This document shows positions 7,533 to 13,318 of a stretch of DNA of 13,318 bases, piece after piece. Location: contig JBHLNZ010000078.1 in assembly GCA_048941015.1 (NCBI GenBank), positions 1 to 13,318 on the forward strand. The letters are read 5' to 3'. How positions within the stretch are numbered: the stretch's first letter is position 1; the number at the start of each line of letters is the position of its first letter. The position numbers were made by a program, and so were the translations under genes. Below the pieces are notes generated by a model. The model was given only the letters and a program-made list of their open reading frames with translations. It was not told the origin of the DNA and searched no databases. Source of the DNA: Promethearchaeota archaeon. Its GTDB lineage: Archaea; Asgardarchaeota; Lokiarchaeia; Sigyniarchaeales; SOKP01.

Positions 7533-7635
7533 TAGCCCGGCACGGAATTTCGATTAATGATCCAAATTCATTAACATTCGAACCGTGGTCTCGGGATTCA
7601 GAGTCCCAAATGCTTGGCCACTACACCACCGGGCT
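7533..7635 (-). tRNA. tRNA-Gln(CUG) with a 30-nt intron in the T-loop (position 59/60)
   Basis: Minus strand reads AGCCCGG acceptor pairing with CCGGGCT then discriminator A; D arm GTGT..GCAT; anticodon arm TGGGA-CT CTG AA-TCCCG (anticodon at 7601-7599); T stem CACGG/CCGTG. Removing 7547-7576 restores loop TTCGAAT and a 73-nt tRNA. A1-U72 is typical of archaeal tRNA-Gln. CCA is not encoded. Confidence 0.93.
7547..7576 (-). other. Archaeal BHB-type tRNA intron
   Basis: Central 4-bp helix TTCG/CGAA, 3-nt bulges AAT and ATT, intron stem GTTAATGA/TCATTAAT with a 7-nt loop. Confidence 0.9.
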
Positions 7636-7757
7636 TTTTCAAAATTAATTATTATAAATAAAAGGCATCTAAAAAAATTTTCTTTAAAGATTCTTTAACA
7701 AAAAAATGATAATCATTTTGAGATAGATTTTTATTGTAATATGATTTTATATTTTAT

Positions 7758-7899
7758 TGGATTACACTAAATTTTAAGGGAGGATCATTAAAAATTTAAT
7801 TTTAAAACTATTTTTAAAATTTACCCTATGTATAGGGTTAAAACCCCGTGACTGAAACAAACAAAACCCCGTATAAGTATATCCTCCTTGTGTAATCCA
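7758..7899. ncRNA. Candidate structured ncRNA or inverted-repeat-bounded element of unknown family
   Basis: TGGATTACAC (7758-7767) pairs with GTGTAATCCA (7890-7899). AGGGAGGAT (7777-7785) pairs with ATCCTCCTT (7881-7889) with one G-U on the plus strand. Two internal hairpins and a 10-nt direct repeat lie inside. Confidence 0.4.
7840..7872. repeat. Direct repeat AAAACCCCGT x2, 23-nt period
   Basis: Exact copies at 7840-7849 and 7863-7872, separated by GACTGAAACAAAC. Confidence 0.8.
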
Positions 7900-7985
7900 T
7901 CTATAATTATATCTTAAAAATATAGATTTTTAAACTAAACCAATTTCTTAGTTATAATATGCTCCAGACAGAGATTCAATTAATT

Positions 7986-9200
7986 TTATTCCCGATTTTT
8001 AAATCTCTCGAAAATATCATTGAAGTATTTATCACTCATTCCAGCTATATAATCTCTGACGATTAAGGGGAGCTGTTGCTTCCTTTTTAAAGGTTCATAA
8101 TAAGTACTATAATTTTTATCGTCAATATATTCAATATGGTCTTTAAAGATTGGAGCTTGATAATTTTCTATTTTTAAATCATCCAAAGAGCTTTTAAAAA
8201 TCAATTCAAATTTTTCTTTAAGTTGTTTCATGTATGAGATTTCTGAATCATGATTATAATACAAATCTCTTTTGTTATATATGTTTTCGTAATTAAATTT
8301 TTTTAATTCCTTGAGAGCATTAAATATATTCTCGCTATAACCTATAATTTCATTCTCGTAACTAAAACTGATTAGATCCATTATTAATTTATATATTATC
8401 TTTCGATTGGTGTCTCCCAAAATCTTTTTGCATTTTGTTGGTATATCCGATCTTTTTATAAACTTAAGTAAAATGGCATCTTCTATATCTCTTCCAATAT
8501 AAGCTATAGTATCCGAGAAACGGACTACAACTCCTTCATAAGTCATAGGAATCCTTTTTATATTGTTTTCGCTAAACGCATCATTATATTCTCTCAAGTG
8601 ATCTTCCCAATTTTTTCCATTTATTCTGACAGGCTTAAGTTCTCTCTCGTTAACTTCACCATCATGACATAGAATACCATCTAAAGTTTGTAATGTTAAA
8701 TTTAAACCTCTTGCTGGCTTTTTAGGAAACCTTTTCTCCAGGTAAAATAACCACCTAACACTTTGAGCATTATGAAGAAAACCTCCTAAATTATAAGATC
8801 GACTAAGTTCATTTAAAATAACTTCACCTAAATGGCCTGCTGGAGTATGGCCAAGGTCATGTCCTAAAGCTATTGCTTCGATTAAATCTGTATTAAGTTT
8901 AAGGATCCTTCCAATTTGTTGAGAAATCCTAGATACTAATTTAACGTGAAGGCTTCTATGAGTTATATTCGCATTAAATGGTTTTAGGTTAAAAAATACT
9001 TGAGATCGATCAATATATCTAGAAAAGCAGAGTGAATGAACTATTCTATCAACATCACGAAAAAATGGAGGTCTAACATCTGGATAATCATCATTCTCTT
9101 CATAAAATCTTTTTGCTTGAGAATTCCTAATTCCTAAAGGTCCAATTAAGTGATCATCGGAAAGCAGACTTTTAAATTTTTCAACTTTACTATGATCCAT
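7986..9200 (-). CDS. dgt: HD-domain dNTP triphosphohydrolase (dGTPase-like)
   Basis: Motifs RPPFFRDVDRIVHS, SQVF, GHDLGHTPAGHLGE, HNAQS, GLNLTLQTLDGILCH, DTIAY..RDIEDA and DYIAGMSD. ATG 9200 is preceded by SD-like GAGGT, so it is preferred over TTG 9236. Confidence 0.85.
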   Translation of the reverse strand: MDHSKVEKFKSLLSDDHLIGPLGIRNSQAKRFYEENDDYPDVRPPFFRDVDRIVHSLCFSRYIDRSQVFFNLKPFNANITHRSLHVKLVSRISQQIGRILKLNTDLIEAIALGHDLGHTPAGHLGEVILNELSRSYNLGGFLHNAQSVRWLFYLEKRFPKKPARGLNLTLQTLDGILCHDGEVNERELKPVRINGKNWEDHLREYNDAFSENNIKRIPMTYEGVVVRFSDTIAYIGRDIEDAILLKFIKRSDIPTKCKKILGDTNRKIIYKLIMDLISFSYENEIIGYSENIFNALKELKKFNYENIYNKRDLYYNHDSEISYMKQLKEKFELIFKSSLDDLKIENYQAPIFKDHIEYIDDKNYSTYYEPLKRKQQLPLIVRDYIAGMSDKYFNDIFERFKNRE

Positions 9201-9438
9201 TATTGAAACCTCAAATAAATTAGAAGTTATTGACAAATCTTTGATTTATAATACCTAAAAATAAAGCTATTATTTTAATCTTAACCCTTTAAAATTTTCA
9301 TTTGAATAAAAATTAAAGTATAATATAATTAACAATGTTAAAAAAAATCTAAATATAATGTTTGATTCAATTAAGCATTTTATATTCTTTAATTTATTTG
9401 TATAGAATATAATTGTAAAAATAGATAAGTGAAATTTT

Positions 9439-9984
9439 ATGATACATGAGCAAAATAATACAAAAATCAATGTGAAAGATTGGATAATTCTAAGTACAAC
9501 TATGATCGGCGCTGTATTGACCATCCTTGCTTTAATTTGGCAATTTAAACCTTCGCATGGAATCATCTCAGTCAGTTTTCTTTTAATGCTTTCATTCCTT
9601 TTGTTTGTTAACTCGGTTTCAGCAAATTCAAAAGCAAATTTTGAAGTAAAATCAAAAAAGATTCCAGAAAAGCAAATTTTTAGATTCTTAACTTTTGCAG
9701 AATATACATTTGGTCTTGGATTTACACTTGTTATGACGGCTTTTTCCATTCTTGGTTATAAATATTTTTTAGATTTCGCAGGGCGCACTTTAATAGCATT
9801 AATATTACCCATTGTGTTCATGATAACAGCGTGGTCTATGATTTTTATCTATAACATAATTAATTATTCTGGAAAACATCTTAAGACAATAAGAAGTTTA
9901 AAAAGGAATTTATGGATATTAATGGAATTATTCTGTTTAATCTTAATAATTTTGGATTTCTTTGAGATTATTCTAATTCCTTAA
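9439..9984 (+). CDS. Hypothetical membrane protein (about 5 TM helices)
   Basis: 181-aa ORF with alternating hydrophobic segments and SD-like AAGTGA 6 nt before the ATG. No family recognised. Confidence 0.7.
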   Translation: MIHEQNNTKINVKDWIILSTTMIGAVLTILALIWQFKPSHGIISVSFLLMLSFLLFVNSVSANSKANFEVKSKKIPEKQIFRFLTFAEYTFGLGFTLVMTAFSILGYKYFLDFAGRTLIALILPIVFMITAWSMIFIYNIINYSGKHLKTIRSLKRNLWILMELFCLILIILDFFEIILIP

Positions 9985-10040
9985 ATTTTTTTTTAAATAA
10001 ATTTAATTAATAATTTTGTAAAATATTAAAAAGTTAAAAC

Positions 10041-11072
10041 CTAAAATTTTATGAACTTTATACTTATTGCATCGTAAGGACATTTTTCTTTACATTTTAA
10101 ACATAAATTACATTCTCCCTTACCTGTAAAAAATTCAAAAGGCTCATCAAGAATTCTTATTTGTTTTGGGCAGATTCGCTCGCATAATCCACATTCCGAT
10201 CTTCCGACACACTTTACAGGGTTTCTTGATAATTTCAAGAATGAGAAATCAGTAACGACAGACGCAATAGCAGCAAATGGACAGAAATATCTACAATATA
10301 TACGAGGATACCAAAATGACAGGATAATAACTAAGAAATAAAAAGCATAAATCAGAAAGCCCCAAAAACTTGGAAAAAGAGGTTCTAAACTTGCATTTAA
10401 AAAAATATCTGCAATTATTTTAGGTAATTGTACAAAGATAAATTCTGATAATGAGAAAAATCCTACTGGTTTATCTGCAAATAAGCCTAATTGTGATTTA
10501 AATTGCAAATAAAATAGAGCATTGGTATTTTTAACAACTCCTAAAGGGACGATAATAATAACTAGAACAATTATAAAGACATATTTTATATTTAGTAAAA
10601 ATTTATGATTAAGGAGTCCTTGATTTTTCACTATTTTTTTTTTCACAGGAATCGCAGCGCAAAGATCCTGAATTGTTCCAATCGGGCAAATCCACCCGCA
10701 AAAAAATCTATTTGTAAGTATCAAAACGATTATTAATATTGCGATAAGAAGAAACGGAAAAATACCTTGAGCTAAAAGATAAAATATGTATTCCAGAATA
10801 CCAGCACCTTTAGAAAGTGGATTTCTGGGTGAATTTAAAATAGGCAGAACCTTTACGAGATTTTCTAAACTTAATAAATTTATCGAGAAAATAAATTCAA
10901 GTATTAGATAATTTATTATTAGAAATGCAACAATTTGAACGATGTGCCTTATTAAAGTAATTCGTTGATCTTTTAAATTGATACTTTTAAATCTCAAAAA
11001 TACCACTAAGAAAAATTTTAAATAAATAAATAATTGTTTTTTAAAAAAATTTTCTTGAGGTGCTTTATCCAA
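10041..11072 (-). CDS. NapH/MauN-like polytopic membrane Fe-S protein
   Basis: Two CxxxCP motifs (RFFCGWICPIG, RIYCRYFCPF) between TM segments, plus C-terminal ferredoxin motifs CGLCERICP and CNLCLKCKEKCP. TTG start with an in-frame stop two codons upstream. Confidence 0.85.
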   Translation of the reverse strand: MDKAPQENFFKKQLFIYLKFFLVVFLRFKSINLKDQRITLIRHIVQIVAFLIINYLILEFIFSINLLSLENLVKVLPILNSPRNPLSKGAGILEYIFYLLAQGIFPFLLIAILIIVLILTNRFFCGWICPIGTIQDLCAAIPVKKKIVKNQGLLNHKFLLNIKYVFIIVLVIIIVPLGVVKNTNALFYLQFKSQLGLFADKPVGFFSLSEFIFVQLPKIIADIFLNASLEPLFPSFWGFLIYAFYFLVIILSFWYPRIYCRYFCPFAAIASVVTDFSFLKLSRNPVKCVGRSECGLCERICPKQIRILDEPFEFFTGKGECNLCLKCKEKCPYDAISIKFIKF

Positions 11073-11136
11073 GATTTATTTTGCAATCAAAAGTTCGCAG
11101 AACTAACTTTAAAAGTAAAAGAAGAAATAATGGTAA

Positions 11137-13047
11137 TTATTTTAGTAAAATAGTTTCTCGGTTTTTTGGTGATTTGGTAGCTTTCCTCAGCTTTTTATGG
11201 ATCATCGTAGAAAGACTAACACATTTGGTCTCTTCTCCATGGTTAGTAATCACTAATTTTGGTCTTGGTTGTATTCTGCGTAAGAATTGAGAGATTTGAC
11301 TTCTTGATGAATGCCCGCTAAATCCTTCAAGTGTAAAGACATTAAGATTCAACTTTACAAGTTGAGTTCGCCCTTTAGCATTTATATATTGAAATTCTCT
11401 AAATCCACGTTGAATACGACTCCCAAGTGTCCCTGAAACTTGATACGACACAAAAATTAGAGAATTATCTTTATCTTCGGCTAAATTTTTAAGATACTGC
11501 ACCGAAGGTCCCCCAATTAACATTCCACTTGTAGCCATGATTATACACGGGCCCCCCATAATAACATCCTGTCGTTCTTCTTGAGTACTAATTGTAGTAA
11601 AAAAATCGCTTAAAAAAGGATTTTTTCCTTGATGTAGGATTTTTTCTCTTAAATCCGAACTAAGAAAGTCAGGGTGAGCAGTATGAATTGCTGTAGCTTC
11701 AGAAATCAACCCATCCAGATATATAGGTACTCTATCAATTATGCCTTTTGAAATAAATTCTTCAAGTATGATAATTAACTCTTGAGCCCTGCCTACAGCT
11801 AATACTGGGATAAGAACCTTTCCTCCACGCTTTAGGGTTGAATTTAATATTTGTTTAAGTTCTCGTTCTGAGTCTTGTCTACTTGGAATTCGATCCTGAG
11901 GCCCACCATAAGTAGCTTCAATTAGAAGGCTTTCAACACGTGGAAACTTCACAGTTGCCCTTTCAAGTAATCTAGTTTTTTGATATTTAAAATCAGAAGA
12001 ATATACAAAATTATACCCTCCTTTTCCAAAATGTAAATGAACCATTGAAGATCCTAAAATATGACCTGAATTATGTAAAGTTAATTTGATATCTGGTGCA
12101 ATATCTGTAACTTTTCCCCATGAAAGAGGAATTGTATGCAATACTGTAGTTTTTACATCTCGTCTCGAATAAGGTGGTGGAGTACCTTCTTTTTCACAGA
12201 TCTGTATAAAATCTAATTGCAACATAGTAGAAAGATTTCTAGTTGGAAGTGTACAATATACGGGTCCTCTATATCCATATTTGTAAAGAAATGGGACCAT
12301 CCCACAATGATCCAAATGAGCGTGAGATACTATTACAGCATCAAGATCTCTCAAGGAAAATTCGGGAAGGTCAAAATTGGGAAATTTGTCATTATTATTT
12401 CCAACATTTAGTCCAACGTCGATTAAAACATTACTATCTTTAGTTTGCATTAAAATACAGGACCTACCAACCTCTCGGAATCCACCCAGTGCTGTTAATC
12501 TAATATCTAAATCTTTAAAGAGAGGAGGTCGATGTATTCTCTTTCCTATTTGTAATAAAATGTCTTTTTGATTTTGTCTTTCTTTTTGAAGCATTCCTCT
12601 TATTAATTGAATAGTTATAGATGTCAATGGCGGAGTACGGATAGTTTTAGGCTGCCAAAAAGTATTTGCTCTTATTTCTTTTAAATTAACACCTTTTTTA
12701 CCTATTACTAAACCTGGTTTCCCTGATTCTATTATTACCTCACCTCGCGTATGATCAAATTCAATATCTGAAATTTCAGCTTCCTTTCCAATTAAATTTC
12801 GAATATATTGTTCTGTCTCAGAAGGATCCTTACGTTTTTCAACATTCCAGCGAAAAACCACCCTTTTCCTCATTGTTTTTGCGAGATCCTTCAGACTTTC
12901 TGAACTTTCTAATACATCAAAATTTGAATTTTCGGAATAAACTGCAATTTCTGGACCTTCAAATTCAATTTTTTGAACAACTATATCAGCAGGAAGTTTT
13001 TCTATTATCTCGTCCTTAATTCTTGTTAATTCTTCTTCAAAACTCAT
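11137..13047 (-). CDS. fttA: aCPSF1/FttA beta-CASP ribonuclease with N-terminal KH domains (archaeal transcription termination factor)
   Basis: 636 aa with IEFEGPEIAVY, KH motif KPGLVIGKKG, LGGFREVGRSC, MBL motif HAHLDH, GHILGS, EATYGG, AVGRAQE, FSGHS and HGE. Confidence 0.96.
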   Translation of the reverse strand: MSFEEELTRIKDEIIEKLPADIVVQKIEFEGPEIAVYSENSNFDVLESSESLKDLAKTMRKRVVFRWNVEKRKDPSETEQYIRNLIGKEAEISDIEFDHTRGEVIIESGKPGLVIGKKGVNLKEIRANTFWQPKTIRTPPLTSITIQLIRGMLQKERQNQKDILLQIGKRIHRPPLFKDLDIRLTALGGFREVGRSCILMQTKDSNVLIDVGLNVGNNNDKFPNFDLPEFSLRDLDAVIVSHAHLDHCGMVPFLYKYGYRGPVYCTLPTRNLSTMLQLDFIQICEKEGTPPPYSRRDVKTTVLHTIPLSWGKVTDIAPDIKLTLHNSGHILGSSMVHLHFGKGGYNFVYSSDFKYQKTRLLERATVKFPRVESLLIEATYGGPQDRIPSRQDSERELKQILNSTLKRGGKVLIPVLAVGRAQELIIILEEFISKGIIDRVPIYLDGLISEATAIHTAHPDFLSSDLREKILHQGKNPFLSDFFTTISTQEERQDVIMGGPCIIMATSGMLIGGPSVQYLKNLAEDKDNSLIFVSYQVSGTLGSRIQRGFREFQYINAKGRTQLVKLNLNVFTLEGFSGHSSRSQISQFLRRIQPRPKLVITNHGEETKCVSLSTMIHKKLRKATKSPKNRETILLK

Positions 13048-13318
13048 AGTCTTTCAATTTTTAAGATTTTTTCTCGGAATCAAAGAAAAGTCTATATCTC
13101 TTTGTAAATATATTTTTTAAAATTTTCTTTTCTTAAATTAAAAATTACTTATTTAAACCTAATCGTTTCCTAATTAAAGATTCTATATACATAAATTCAT
13201 TAAATTTTTTTCAATGATGTGTTTGAGTAATTAGAATATTTTTCTCTTAGATATTTTTATTAAAATAAGAGATTAATTTAAGAATGAATAACTTCTAATT
13301 TCTATATTTTATATAAGT

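Noticed and set aside
7778-7790. GGGAGGATCATTA resembles the 3' end of eukaryotic 18S rRNA
   Set aside because: Short match only, with no flanking rRNA sequence or helix 45.
7838-7900. Minus-strand 20-aa ORF MDYTRRIYLYGVLFVSVTGF, a possible type I toxin-like peptide
   Set aside because: Too short to support. The SD-like AAGGAGG lies inside the ORF rather than upstream, and such ORFs arise easily by chance.
7636-7985. Replication origin or CRISPR remnant in the long AT-rich spacer
   Set aside because: No convincing ORB consensus, no adjacent cdc6/orc1, only two 10-nt repeats and no cas genes.
7986-9236. dGTPase as an antiviral nucleotide-depletion defence system
   Set aside because: It has the short housekeeping-type dGTPase-like architecture and sits among core genes, with no defence-island or mobile context.
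6867-12571. ORFs 6867-7148, 9270-9749, 11060-11290, 12217-12411, 12243-12443 and 12377-12571
   Set aside because: Antisense shadows of well-supported genes. 9270-9749 overlaps the better-supported membrane ORF, which has an SD-like site.

Overview
AT-rich archaeal chromosomal segment. The aCPSF1/FttA nuclease, the BHB-intron tRNA with an A1-U72 pair and a protein with tandem PCI/UFL1-like winged helices suggest an Asgard (Lokiarchaeia-like) genome; this assignment is an inference. Plus strand: GT87-like glycosyltransferase, hisA, UreH/NicO/DsbD_2-like membrane protein, a 795-aa multidomain protein, a NikR-like regulator, a polyferredoxin-type Fe-S protein, a parvulin and a small unknown membrane protein. 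Minus strand: tRNA-Gln(CUG) with a T-loop intron, a dGTPase-like HD protein, a NapH/MauN-like Fe-S membrane protein and aCPSF1. Most notable: (1) the 795-aa protein joins nested Zn fingers, five DDRGK1/UFL1/PCI-like winged helices and an adaptin/COP-appendage-like module; (2) hisA and the NikR-like gene appear to need ATC and ATT start codons; (3) a perfect BHB intron at tRNA position 59/60; (4) an unannotated ~140-nt intergenic element with long-range pairing and an internal direct repeat, a candidate ncRNA. No mobile element or CRISPR array was seen.
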